A stretch of DNA of 64,000 nucleotides, from contig OZ076409.1 in NCBI GenBank assembly GCA_964187785.1, positions 41,542,001 through 41,606,000 on the forward strand, given 5' to 3'. A program made the position numbers and the translations under genes. Numbering within the stretch: position 1 is the first letter of the stretch; every line of letters begins with the position of its first letter. Below the pieces are notes generated by a model. It saw only the letters and a program-made list of their open reading frames with translations. It searched no databases and was not told the DNA's origin. Shown in pieces: positions 25,100-37,329 of this stretch. The DNA comes from Amphiscolops sp. MND2022. Its lineage: Eukaryota.

Positions 25100-26164
25100 C
25101 ATTACTGTGTGGGGAATGTCTTGCTCGGACGTCTGAAAGTGGGGGCAGCGCTTTATCGGTACAAACATGTATTGTTTTTGTTTGAATTGTTGACTATTTA
25201 TTTTAATATAACTAAACAGTTGTCATTTTTTCATTTTTAGTTCGGACTTTAGAAGAAAATGCACCCGACTATTACAGTGCCCAGTTTTTGTTGGTAACGA
25301 TTTTGTTAGTATTCTAGTTATAACATCTATTTTGACACCTCTATTTCCTCGTATGAAAAGCTTTCTTGTCAGTTCAAGAAATTATAATGCAATCGTTTTT
25401 GACTGACAAACCGAAATGTTTAGTATCTTCAATTCGATGTTCTATCTTCTTCAATGCAATGCCCGATGGACAATCGACTGTTTCGTGCTGTCATTTCGCT
25501 TGTCAAAAGTCTTCATTTGTGCCAATTTGAACCAAACACAGATGGATCTTGTCTCCGAAAACCATACACTAACTAGCCACGTTGTCTTTGTTTACGCTTT
25601 TATCAATTAATGTGGAAGAATTTATCTAAAGAAGAAATTCATTAAACCTAAAGCAAATCCATCGATTCTCAAAAAGCAGTCGTTCGATAGGAAATGCAAA
25701 AAAGCTCAATAGCTATAGAAACTTGTCAGTCCCTGTTTAATTTCTTTAGAGCAAAGCCATCAATCAATCGTTGGACTGCCTACAAAGAAGCGCAGAATTG
25801 TCAAAGTAATTTGATCAATATCAGACAGAGCCTTTTCGCTAGACCTCGTAACGAAGTTGTGCTATAGTAAAAAAAATGTAATTTCAATAATTGTCAGAAA
25901 ACTTAAGCCTACCCGTGTTAAAATATGTCTAAAAAACTCTCGGGCAGACGTGGTTGTGAATAACCATACAAAATTGATAACCATTTGAATATAGTTTTGA
26001 TACCGTGGAAGGTAATGGTGGTAAACTTTAGGACATCGAAAATAAGATATCATCGAAGCAGTTCCTCTCCTCACCTACCTAGTTTTTATTCGTAAAGTTT
26101 AGTCTCCCTTTCTCTGTAAAATTGCGCTATAATCCATTCGATTCATATAATGTCTCCTTTGGAA

Positions 26165-27309
26165 TTTTTAGTCGGCGCTTCATGAAGTGAAACGCGACTA
26201 TTATAGTGACTCTTTTTTTCTTTTTTTTTCAATCCACGCGACCTGACCAAAATAGTTCTTCAAAGTTCTACAAAATTTTATGGTCCCAAATCATTTGGCC
26301 TAGCGAACTGAACCAAAAATGTTTTTCCTCTTTTTACGCGTAACATACCATACCGGGAGAGACTAAAGGGCCCCCTTCACTTTTTGATGTTTTGCGACAG
26401 AATGGATGTTGAAAAATCCCAAAGGGTCCCCCTTTCAGTTTTTTCGGCATTGTGAGACTTTTTTCGCAATTTTCTTCAATTTTTTTTACCCTTCAATTTT
26501 TTGATGTTTTGCAACAATGGATGTTAACAAGCCGGGACCGGCCCAAGTCGGCGCCATATCCAAGGCTCAAAAATAGCAAAAAGACTTCCAAGTGTCAAGT
26601 ATTCTTTTACAGTACTCGAAAATTTTTCGAAATTTTTTTTTGAAAAAATTACATACTAAAAAAATGGACCAAGTGGCGAGCCCCTGGCGCGCTAAAGTCT
26701 CACAATGCCGAAAAACTGAAAGGGGGGACCCTTTGAGGTTTTTCAACATCCATTTTGTCGCAAAACATGAAAAAATTTGAAGAAAATTTTTTATTTTCGG
26801 GAAAAAATCTCAATGCCGAAAAAAACTGAAAGGGGGAACCCTTTAGGATTTTCCAACATCCATTGTGTCGCAAAAGATCAAAAAAATGCAGGCGGGACCC
26901 TTTGGGGAAAAAAATTCCGAAAAAAAATGTCTCGCAGTGCCGAAAAAAATTGAAAGGGGGGACTCTTTGGTCTCGCCCGGTTTGGTATGTTACGCGAAAA
27001 AACAGGTAAAACCATTTTGGTTCAGTTCGCTAGGCCAAATAGTGCAATTTGGTGCAATAATATTTTGTAGAACTTTATGAAGCGCCGACTAAAAAAGAGT
27101 CACTATAATAGTCGCGTTTCACTTCATGAAGCGCCAACTAAAAAATGCGAAAGGATCCCCTTTTAGCGCGCCAGTCCCGTCGTTTGGGTTTTTGTGAGTT
27201 TGATACTCTTTTTGTGAGTTTGATACTTTGAGTTTTCTGACACTTTCATGTCCTTTTGCTATTTTTGAGCCTTAGATATGGCGCCGACTTTTGCCGTTCC
27301 TGGCTTATT
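26165..27309 (+). mobile_element. Family A copy with an inverted family A copy nested at 26526-27145
   Basis: Outer ends TTTTTAGTCGGCGC and GGCGCCGACTTTTGCCGTTCCTGGCTT; inner reversed ends AACAAGCCGGGACCGGCCCAAGTCGGCGCC and GCGCCAACTAAAAAA. Confidence 0.8.
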
Positions 27310-27371
27310 TTATATTTTTTTCAACCCGGCCTTATTCGTGGTTGATGTGCTTTTTGACAGAATTGGAATAA

Positions 27372-27905
27372 TTAATATTTCTGCTTTAGCAGGAATATTA
27401 TTGAAATCTGAAAGCGTCTACTTTTTTTCAGAACAATTTTTCGGACGATCTGAATAATTCAGATATTTTGTTCGGCAGTGACTGTAAGCGTGGGAAATAA
27501 ACTTCTCAAGCTGCCGACAACAATTCAATTCTAGTGCGATGGAACGAGCGAGTGGTAATTATCCATTCGTATGCTGATGTCATTGAGATGAAGCGAGCGA
27601 ATGTTCGTAATTGTGCTTTCGTTGCCCCGAGTTATTGAGATGAAGCGAATGAGTGTTAATTATTCGTTCGTTGAGAGCTTCGCCTGCATTCAAATGCGAA
27701 TGCGAAACTTATATTTTCTTTAGTCCGAGAAGAATTAAAGGCGGTGTAAACTTGTACAGTGCTTACATGTAATTGTGCGCTAAATAATGATTAAACAGGA
27801 GTGTATTGGTATTCCAGATATGATTCTTTTATTAATGAATTTTTTTGTTTAAAAAAATAAAGATTAAAGCAGAAATAGTACTGAGCCCCGGAGGGGCCTA
27901 TTTTT
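27372..27905 (+). mobile_element. Family B copy
   Basis: 5' ATATTTCTGC; 3' GCAGAAATAG plus hairpin GCCCC-GGA-GGGGC and CTATT. Confidence 0.75.
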
Positions 27906-27989
27906 AGTAGAAGGCATCAATCTCGGAAGTACACCGAGAAGTCAAAAAATTTGGCGAAACTTTTTCACAGCTTCATTTCAGAATTTCAT

Positions 27990-28530
27990 TTTTCTGGGCA
28001 ATAACGGCGAATTTTGAAAATGACATTCTCTTTGTTGATTTTCTGAATATTTTAAAGAGTCTTTCGAAGGAACAACAGTTTCTTAGATTGCCATTTAGTT
28101 TTGAAAGAATTTTGTTTCACGTTTTTGTCTTCGCCGGGCCTTTCAAATGCCGGTGGAACTCATAACTGAAGCTTCATTGAAAAAACTTCTATATGCGTTT
28201 CCAACGGTGGCCTACTGTGTTACTAGAGTGGGACAGGACATTAACTTAGCAAACAGTTGCTCAGTTATTGAGAAAAGGTTATTTTCTGAAATTTAATATT
28301 TTGTGAATTTTCTTTTTTCCAATTACTTTTTTGCCAGTGGCTCAGAAAAAAAGCTATATTGACACAAATAACTTACCCCAAATAGTCCAATGATTGTCGA
28401 TAAGAAAGACAATGTTTCGTTTTCCTATATGCTTTTTGCGTTTCCTAATTTTTATTGATTGCGAAAAAAATCACTGTCCCCATTTGAGGACGAAATGCTG
28501 TCCTCATTTGAGGACGAAATCACTGTCGTG
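27990..28530 (+). repeat. Dispersed repeat (family E); inverted copy at ~59555-60250
   Basis: GGTGGCCTACTGTGTTACTAGAGTGGG and GTCCTCATTTGAGGACGAA recur reverse-complemented near 59560-59850. Confidence 0.75.
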
Positions 28531-28823
28531 GTTAACGCAATTTTTCCACATTGTATAATATAACTTTCTTTAACTTGAAATTTTGTTAATCGAAACTATG
28601 GATAAGGGAGTATTAACGGAAAGCGAGTCGTTAACTACCATGACTAGCTCTCAATTGAATCAAAAGATGAAATATGGATTGTTAAAATTAAACTCGTTCC
28701 GTCAAAATTGGTGGATACGTCTAATCTATCTAAATGAGAAAGGTGTTTAAGTATTCCAGTGACTTCTGTCTTCGCAAAGTGTCATTCTTTTTGCTTTTGT
28801 GTCTAGTGGCTGTAGATTGTGTT

Positions 28824-29285
28824 TCAGAGCTTAGTTTGATCCACATCGGGCACGGTTTCCAGCTCTTGAAAGTTGTCGTCTAAGAAGTTTGCGTTCGTGT
28901 GTGATATTTGTCTCACCGGAGTCTTAGGTTTGCGAGGTTTCGGGTCAGTCATAATCTGCGACACTTCGGTCACCTCGGCAATGGGTTTCACAGATGAGTC
29001 ATTTTGAAGACTGGGTGCAATTTTATTGTTGGTTGCTTGTGGCAAGTGGTTCAAAATTTGGTCCAAGTCTTCGAAAGATTGGTCTGAAATTATGTAGTTC
29101 TCGTATAAAGCGTCTATCTCCTCATTCGTGGCCTTCTTTTCGATCACTCCCACCAAACGGTGACGCGAGTCGTAGATTTTGCGTATCTTGTGGTCGAAGT
29201 AACCCCCAATGTTATGTTCCATGAGGTCCGCACCGAAAACTTCCATAGCATAGCTGCATCGAATACCGATCGTCAAATCGATGAT
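28824..29285 (-). CDS. Ammonium transporter exon 6 (terminal, long cytoplasmic tail)
   Basis: IIDLTIGIRCSYAMEVFGADLMEHNI resembles the Amt C-terminal 'GLR....E..G.D..EH' motif; open to the stop at 28824. Confidence 0.88.
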   Translation of the reverse strand: MIDLTIGIRCSYAMEVFGADLMEHNIGGYFDHKIRKIYDSRHRLVGVIEKKATNEEIDALYENYIISDQSFEDLDQILNHLPQATNNKIAPSLQNDSSVKPIAEVTEVSQIMTDPKPRKPKTPVRQISHTNANFLDDNFQELETVPDVDQTKL

Positions 29286-29449
29286 CTTTAAACACAGAAA
29301 ACTACTTTGATCATCTTTCATACAGTGTTCGGCCTGAATCCGAAGTGGGTTTTATATGTACCTCAAGAAATGTATGATCTCAAGATCTGATTGGATAAAT
29401 CTTGTATTCAACCTTCTGACATAACTATTTTTGATTTGTTTCCACCTAC

Positions 29450-29628
29450 TTTCATGGAGAAGAATGTGGCGATGGTTGCCCAGCCAATGCAGCACAGAAT
29501 ATACAAACATTGAGCCTTCAACAAATTGAAGCCTCCTCCGTGTATGAGCCCGGATGATGGAATTATTCCCTCCTCCGTAGGATCCTTGTTGGCAAAAATC
29601 CCCACAGCTATCAGGCTCCACACACCCG
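29450..29628 (-). CDS. Ammonium transporter exon 5
   Basis: AGVWSLIAVGIFA..GLIHGGGFNLLKAQ; acceptor GTTAG, donor GTAGGT. Confidence 0.9.
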
Positions 29629-29980
29629 CTAACATAACATGAATCATTCTTAAAAAAAAACATTTCGATATTTTGGTCTGACTTATTCTTATTCAACTGG
29701 AAGAAATTGAGTTGTCCTAAAGTTCCTACCACTTCATTTTTTGTCTTAAATATTCAAATTGAAAACTCTTTTCAACTGCTACTTCTTGGCCTCATTTTTG
29801 ATTCGCGAGTTCCACGTTCATTATGTCCAATGTAACATAAATCATGTAATCGTCGCGAAAAAACGGATCATTCAGTAAGATTTAAGGTTTTAAGCCTTTC
29901 ACTGGCTATATTCATGAAATTTGAGGAAAATAGAGCCAATGGTCGCCCGTGCTAGAAATGGAAAACCCATTTGTTCACTG

Positions 29981-30523
29981 TTTTTAGTCGGCGCATTTTA
30001 GTAGAAAATGAGCCCGACTATTACAGTGGGTAGTTTTCTTTAGACGCGTAAGGTCCACTTTTTTGTTCATTTGTTCAACAACGTCAAACCTCAACAGCTC
30101 CAACCTCAGAAGCGCGTCCAAAACGAAAAGAAAAAACAAAACAGACGTCCAGAATCTCGAAAACACACTAAGGATCCCCCATAGCCCCACTTTTTTTTGG
30201 CACTATGAGACTTTTTTTGAAGTTTTTTGGATTGCACGAGAGGGCCCCCCTTCATTTGTTTCGATATTTTTCAACACAATGGATGTCAAAAAATCGCAAA
30301 GGGTCCCTCCCTTTTACATTTTTCGGCACTGTGACACTGTTCAAAAATCTCATTTAAAAATTTTTTTGGAAAATTTTTTCATGTCTCCAAAGGGTCCCCC
30401 TTCAATTTTTTTAAATTTTTTTGCAACCAGCTGGAGTTTCACAAAGCCCGAAGGGTCCCCCCCCCCTTTTTTTCAATTTTGAGCCTTAGATATGGCGCCG
30501 ACCTTGGCCGTTCTCGGCTTGTT
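29981..30523 (+). mobile_element. Family A copy in Amt intron 4
   Basis: TTTTTAGTCGGCGC..GAGCCCGACTA ... GGCGCCGACCTTGGCCGTTCTCGGCTTGTT. Confidence 0.8.
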
Positions 30524-30656
30524 GGTTTTCTCAGCTCTGTTGATCGGCGTTTTAAAGTTCAAAACCCGCGTGTCGAAATGCCTAGCGAACCCCATTTGTA
30601 ATTCAAGCTTCATGAATTTTTTGCATGGAAGAAAATTTTTTGCATTGAATGCAAAC

Positions 30657-30871
30657 CTGCTCCGTGTACTGAGAAGGCCCCGACTGGGTCGTCAATTTTC
30701 AGTTTAGGAACGACCATGGAGGTTAAAATGACAATGCAAGCTCCGATAGCCCCGATTAGGAATGACTCAGCTGGAGATACTCCTGGGCAGATAGAAGTGA
30801 TGGAAACAAGGCCGCCCAGGATTCCGTTGATAATCCAACTCACGTCAAATTTGCCATTTTGCAGGAAATAT
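30657..30871 (-). CDS. Ammonium transporter exon 4
   Basis: NGILGGLVSIT..LKIDDPVGAFSVHG (second pore His); acceptor TACAG, donor GTTTGC. Confidence 0.93.
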
Positions 30872-32741
30872 CTGTACAAACATCCACAGCTGCATTAAGA
30901 GTTTTCCTCGTCATGCTATCCTACCTGGGTTGTGAGCTTAATATCTTTTTTGCAGATCAACTGATACGTGTTGGCATATCTAGAAAACTTATCAGCTAGA
31001 AAATTGTCTTTTCCTTGGTTTGTAAATTTCCGCCCATATTTCCCTTGAGAAAAGAAATTACTGAGCTGTTTTTTTTTTAAATTTTCCTCATGTTCCAATG
31101 TCGTACCCAAATTCAGAGGTTCAAGTGTAGCATTCAACTGGCAAGCCTAGTTTTGCACGATATGTATTTGTAGAGTTTTTTGGGCTTCTATGGTTGACCG
31201 CAAAATCAAAAAAAAATCAAAAGCTTCGAAAATTTGCCAATTTTTGAGCTTTTTATGTATTTTAGTACAGTTTGTTTTCGAATATTTTCGTGGGTTAGAA
31301 AATCCAAAAATTTCTGAAACGAAAGAACTAGCTATCCAGATTGCTTTTTTGAAGATAAATTGAAAGTTTCGTTGAAAAGGTTTCAAAAGGATCCCCGAAA
31401 CCGTTGAAAGTTTCAAAATTTTCCATATTTTAATCTTACTGAGGCAATTTTTAAACATATTTTGATCGTTTCGGAAGATTAGAACATCCGAAGAGGTAAA
31501 CAAACCAGCTAGCTATACCGTACGCTCTTAGGAAGCTTCACGTTTTTTTGAGTCTCTAAATTACCCCCCTCTGAAAAAAGCTAAAAAGCCCATTTTGATC
31601 GGTTCGAGAGTTTTGAACGTTTCATGAGATTCAAACACCCACAGTTTCCCAAGACAAAGCAAACAGTCATCTGGTAAGATTTTACGACGAGTAATTTGGA
31701 GTTTATAGACAAAAAGCTCTGAAATGGCAAGGAAACATTTCCAATTTTTGACAATTATGCTGAATTTCTGCTGTTTTCGAACGCTGTAAAGGGTTACATC
31801 ATGCATGGAGTTCCAAGTTGACACAAACTTCCAATTTTTTTCGTGTCCAAAGTTTTTCAAATTTCGACTGTTTCTAGCAATTTCTGTACAATCGAATGAA
31901 ATCTACATATTCTAAAACAAAACATTCATTGATTTATAGGAGACCTTTTGAAGTCTCTGCGATGCAAAATTTTGGTTGGTATTACTACAGTGTTCAGAAA
32001 TGAAATGAGTAATTTTCTAGCATAATACTCTTCACGACAGAAACCTGATTTAAAAAGCCTCAAAATCATCCCAAAATGGAAAATATCTAAAATTAAATTT
32101 TCAACAATTTTTGTCAATTTGTTGACAGTTTTTTTAACGTTTTCAAGAATTTTCGCAGTATCCAACGTCCAACGAAACGAAAGATTGTTTAAACTTGAAA
32201 GTCCACAAAAACTAACTTTTCTCCAATTTCAACCGTGTTAGTTAATTTGGGTACAATTTTCAACTTTTAAGTGGGTATGAATAATCACAGCGTTCAAGAC
32301 AACGTCCTCTTTGGCCTTTCCTGAATGAGAAAGCTAACATTTTTTTAAAAATACCCAATCGAGAGCCAAAAATTGTGTATTTTCGAACGTGCCGTGCTTT
32401 TCTTAGAATATTCGCATAGTTTTGGAGTATGAATATCCATGGAGTTCAATAACAAAAAGTTTGGCTACTTAACGCACTTTATTTGGTGAAACATTCAGTG
32501 TTTTCCAAAAGGTGTGGAATCAATTGAAAGGTGTAGAAGTTTTCACGTTCGGCAGCCTTGTAAAAATGCCGCAGCTAATTTTTTTCCCGAGGTGGAAAAG
32601 TTCTTGCTGCTTAGCGGGCGCCTTGTTAGTAAGCTTTTTAAATTGACAATTCTTCTGATTGAATTTCGTTTCAAGATCATTTTCGTTAAACTTTAGCTTC
32701 TAGAAAATCATTGGTCAATTTAGAGAAGTGTATTGACTAAC

Positions 32742-32982
32742 GTCATTGCAAAAGCAACAATACCGCCTCCGATAGAACTGTTGATAGTTGTGACTGCCGA
32801 CTTGGACGCAAGTTTCCATTTGCCTCCAGCCACTCCGTAGGTGGACCCACAGTTGAAGCCCAGCCACCCCCACCACAACATGAAGAGTCCTAATAGTGCG
32901 TTCACTGGGCAGTCCATTCGAAACTTCTCTGGGTGGGTCCATCTTTTTGTTCTTGCCCCAATCATGATTGCTGCTGTCAGTG
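32742..32982 (-). CDS. Ammonium transporter exon 3
   Basis: ALTAAIMIGAR..LGLFMLWWGWLGFNCGST; acceptor CTTCAG, donor GTTAGT; phases are consistent. Confidence 0.93.
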
Positions 32983-33458
32983 CTGAAGTGTAAAAACATG
33001 AATTGAGCATATTTTTTGGGAAGTTTAGTAGCTAAGATGTTGTAGATGCGTTCATGATATTTTTTCTGACAGCATGTCTGTCATTGGAATATTGACATTC
33101 ATTCAGCATCGCATCCCTTACCAGGGTTACATGTCAAAATCTAAGTTCAATTCTCCTACACAAAAATCTTGGTTAAAATGTCCTGGACAAAATGAAATTG
33201 GTTCTATATAACGGCCTTCCTCCTTGCGGCTTCGCGTCTTATAATTTTATGGTTGTATACTAGCAGTTACGGTGTCTTCTGTATACGGAAAGTTGGGAAT
33301 GCAGGTTTCAGTCGAACTTTAGCAGTGTTTGCTGTTTAGGGCTTAGCCTTAACGGAGAATTGATGTATACTCGGGTAAACAAGTTATTCACGTCAGACTT
33401 TTCCTTTTCAAAAATGTTTACGTCTTGGAAAATTTTTAACGTTGAAGTGAACAGTAAC

Positions 33459-33701
33459 CTGTTATTCCCCCGAGGAGATGAACCGCTCCACTTCCTGCAA
33501 AGTCAATAGCTCCAAACTCTTTGTTCAAAAAGCCATCTTCATGCCAAATCCAATGTGCGGGGAAAGCGTAGACGAAGGTGTTGAAGAAGGAGAAGACAAT
33601 GTAACCAAGAAAGTTGGCTCTCTCCGCCACTGATCCACTCACTATAGTTGTGGCAGTTGTCGCGAAACTAGATTGAAAGAAGAAATGGGCAAACACGTGA
33701 C
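33459..33701 (-). CDS. Ammonium transporter exon 2
   Basis: HVFAHFFFQSSFATTATTIVSGSVAER..PAHWIW..DFAGSGAVHLLGG (first pore His); donor GTTACT at 33458. Confidence 0.93.
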
Positions 33702-33708
33702 CTACAGC

Positions 33709-33993
33709 CAGGGTTTCCTTATATGGTTTTGCAATACTGATGCTTCATTGCTCAACACTGCCTACTGATATTGATTCTAAGTAAAGTGTTGAAAAGCCAG
33801 AAAGTAATTTTCATTAAATGGGATGTGATTATTAAATGAATATTCTCAATTGTCAGCTTTTCCTGTACAGTCGAACGTTTGTTTTTTTTGAAAAAAAATA
33901 AAAAATCGGGTTAATGGGTTTATTATATTGAATCACACTCAGAAACGAATAGTTGTATTTGTATTTTTCTTTTTTTTCTGGAAAGAAACCCTG
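33709..33993. mobile_element. hAT-type MITE forming the whole first coding intron of the Amt gene
   Basis: TIR CAGGGTTTCCTT (33709-33720) / AAAGAAACCCTG (33982-33993), 11/12 match; TSD-like CCTACAGC (33701-33708) / CCTAAAGT (33994-34001), 6/8 match. Confidence 0.75.
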
Positions 33994-33994
33994 C

Positions 33995-34259
33995 CTAAAG
34001 TATCAGGGTCTGTGGTTGATAAGAAGAATTGACTCGTTCCAAATAAGCCGTGAAAAGATGGAGAGCCGAAGCTTAAGCCGTAGCCGATCATCCAGTAAGA
34101 TATGCTTCCAAAAACAACGTCCACGCTGTTTTTAACCATGATGTTCACTTCGTTTTTCTTGCTCACCGAGCCTGACTCTAGTAGCCCGAAGCCGGATTGC
34201 ATAGTAAAGATGATAAAGGTTGAAGTCAGGATCCATGTTGCATCGTCCCACGTGTCCAT
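33995..34259 (-). CDS. Ammonium transporter (Amt family), coding exon 1
   Basis: MDTWDDATWILTSTFIIFTMQSGFGLLESGSVSKKNEVNIMVKN..YWMIGYGLSFG; phase-1 GC donor at 33994. Confidence 0.93.
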
Positions 34260-35511
34260 ATCTTGGGTTTTTGATTTAAATATTGTAAACTAGTGGTTGT
34301 AACAAAAAGTATTAACAGTCAAATGAAATTAGCAATAAACCCCACCGAGGTTTTTTAACATCAAAACGTTAATGGATCATCTCGAATTGAAAATATGTGG
34401 GGTTCTGGAGCCTTCTTAGCTTCTGGTTTAAAGGTTTGATGTTGGAAATTTTCTGCTCTCAGGAAATGATTTAATGGAATGCATAGTTTGAGAGATGTAA
34501 AGCGCGAAAAATTGTGGTCTTTAATTCTGCGGCAGTCTTTTTCATTCTCGTTTTTTTTCTATCTCAGGCTATGTTCCTCATAAAAATGCATCAATTGTAT
34601 GGCTTTTGAAAACTGAAAATTACTATTGGCCTAAAATCCGCTTCTGAATTGCATGCTAAATTGAAAGCCTTTTCGTCACTTCCAAACGCATTCTTTCTTG
34701 CTGCCTTTTTTCTACGGGGATTAAGTTTTAATAAAAGAGAATAGCCTCACTTCTGTCGTACTTGCGTGCTCTGGCATCAATTAACCCTTTTAAGAATTTA
34801 AATTATTATTGTTTGTACAAAAATGCTCACAGACTGCGAAAGGTTTTAATTTAGACTGAAAATATGCTTCGATTTGCAATGAAGCACTCTCCAAGCCAAA
34901 GATTTCGACACTCATTTGTTTTTTGAATCAGAATTGTCAATTTTTGATTTTTGTGGCCTCTGTAGTAAGAAACACTTTGGTTAATTTTTTTATCATCTTG
35001 AAATTTGCCGAGAAAAAATTTTCATCCAAAGTGGAGGCAAAGGTATTTTTTTATATCCGAGGGAAAATTTTTCCGGAGGCGTATTGGATTTCCTTCTAAA
35101 TGATATCTTCAGATCGATTTTGGATATTGTGTTGTTTTTGAGAAATACTGATCGAAAGTTTTTTCAAGTTATCCTTTGAATTCGTGAGAAACTGTTGCCT
35201 TTTGAATGAAATTAGAAGCTTTCAGGACAAAGTTTTTTGAAAAACATCCTTTGCCTCAATAAACTTTTTGGCTAGTCGTCAGTTCCTTTGTTTACCAAAC
35301 AATTCTTTTGGCAATCGGTTGTTTCAAACAAAAAACAGTAACCACGGTAACATTTTGCCTCCAGTTTTCTATAGTGTCGCTAAATTTTTGAGGTTTCATT
35401 AAAGATTACTATACATTGTGGAGTGTTGATGTAATTTGATTCCAAATATGTCTCCTATAAGCTATGACCAACTGTTCAAAAACGGTATGTTCAATTTCAG
35501 ATTGAACGGTA

Positions 35512-36005
35512 ATGGTTGCCGACACTGGCGAATCACAAAAGGGCAAAAATGCAGGTAAATCAATTAGTTCGAAGACCCGGAAGCGTCAATCTCTGCACAA
35601 CAAAGACTCGCCTGACTTCAAGTTCCGCAAACTTAATCAGAAGCTAAGCAAACATACAGAAAACGAGAACATCGATTCGGAGGCATTTGACGAAAACTGT
35701 TCAGACATATCGAATGGGCTCTTGCGTGGGAAGGGGTTCGAAAATTCAATCAAGAAAGCAAGAGTGTCTTCACGAGATTGTAAAGAGACAGCTTTGGTGA
35801 GGATGAAATTTGCTGATTCTTGTGAGCAGTTGGAAATTGACGTACAGTCTAATGGGCTTCCTTATGTTCAAACGGATACTGACAGTTGTTCGGAAGATTC
35901 TGCGAAAGATGACAAGTCAATCAGCAACACCCGTGTGACCGCAAGCTCTGAAAACTCAGCCAAGGTCTCACCGTCTTCAAAAATGTTGGAGGAGTTTAAT
36001 TCTAA
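35512..36005 (+). CDS. Putative exon 1 of an E(z)-like gene (low-complexity, basic N-terminus)
   Basis: 165-aa open frame after acceptor TTTCAG (35500); phase-2 donor GTAAGT at 36006 joins in frame to the exon at 38266. Confidence 0.6.
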
Positions 36006-37329
36006 GTAAGTTGAAATTAGTTGTGAAGCCAATTTGGAGATGGTAATTGTAACGGTAACTAGTTTTTGATTAATACCCCTTAGACAATGGTTTGTTTTAC
36101 AACTTCAAATTGATACCAGTAAATTTTTAGTGAGAACCAAAATGGTTTAGAGAAACACATTGTGAAATATTGTCTTGGAACTTTCCATTGCTGCTCAAAA
36201 ATTAATTTTCAGTCGATGTTTTTCAATGAAGCTTTGATAAATTTCAATGTTCGATTTGTCGATCGCGTTCTGGAAAAATTATGGGCCGATTTCTTTTGGA
36301 TTAATGAAGGGAATTAAGGAAAAAAACAATGAATCATTCAGATTTTCAATGGAACGAAAGCTTTCCGGAAATCTTGTGAATTGTATCTTGAAATCTATTT
36401 ATTAATCCTTAAAGGGATAATATCTATCCTTAATAGAAAGAAGAAAGTTGGTTTTCCCAATTCCCCGGATGGACGCCGAGTAAGCAGTTGTTTTTCAAAT
36501 TCGGTGCCATTTCGGATATTATGTAAGATCTTCCTTACAAGGTAGCGATTTGTAGCAGCATTTTTTTTCAAGAGACAGGTCAACTGACAGATTCATAATT
36601 TCTTTATAATAAAAGTTGGAGTATTCGAAGCTTGTCATAGGCCGGCAATTTTCTTTGCTATTTTGGATATATAGGGATGGTTCGTTTAGCTGGACCGAAA
36701 TTGTTCCCTTTTTGTGAAAAGTAGTCCGTCTAATTTTAGTACGTGCTTTGTGAAATGAAACTATTGTATTGGCTTTTCGTCGTTTTTTCAATCCGGTCGA
36801 GGTGACGTAGACATTTCTTAAAATGTTCACATTTTCCAGGAGGTTTCACGTGAATTCAACCAATATTATTTGCATTTTCTACAAGCATTTGGTCCAAAGA
36901 GTTTCAAATTTTGGTATGACGTAAACATGATAATATCGAACTGTTCAATAGAATCTCAAAGCCTAAGATCTAAAGAAAGCCAAACGAATTCAAAGAGTCC
37001 TTCCCTTCGTGTTTTGAAATTTTCATTCAAAGTTCAGTTTTTCTACTTCTATTTTTGCTTTCAAATGTTTTCAGTTAGAAAAGTTTTTTACCAATCCAAA
37101 TGCTCCCATTTTTTCGGGTACTGTAATTTGAGAATTTTTCTGAAACATTTTCTTGGCCGTTTGAAGTGCTTTACACTTTTTAGCCTGAAGCGAGCGCCGC
37201 CCTATGCTGTTCCCAGTTTGTTTCCAGTTGATAAATGAATGAATTTTCAATTTGTTTGCTGTTTGCATCATGAATTTTCGCGTCTATGCAACTTTTGGCA
37301 GAGTTTTTTCACTACTGAATATGAAGTAT

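Noticed and set aside
33939..33990. Canonical GT donor for Amt intron 1 (AGG|GTTTCT) or read-through to KKKKNTNT
   Set aside because: The phase-0 GT donor is out of frame with the acceptor at 33702; other phase-1 GT sites delete conserved residues or add a low-complexity insert.
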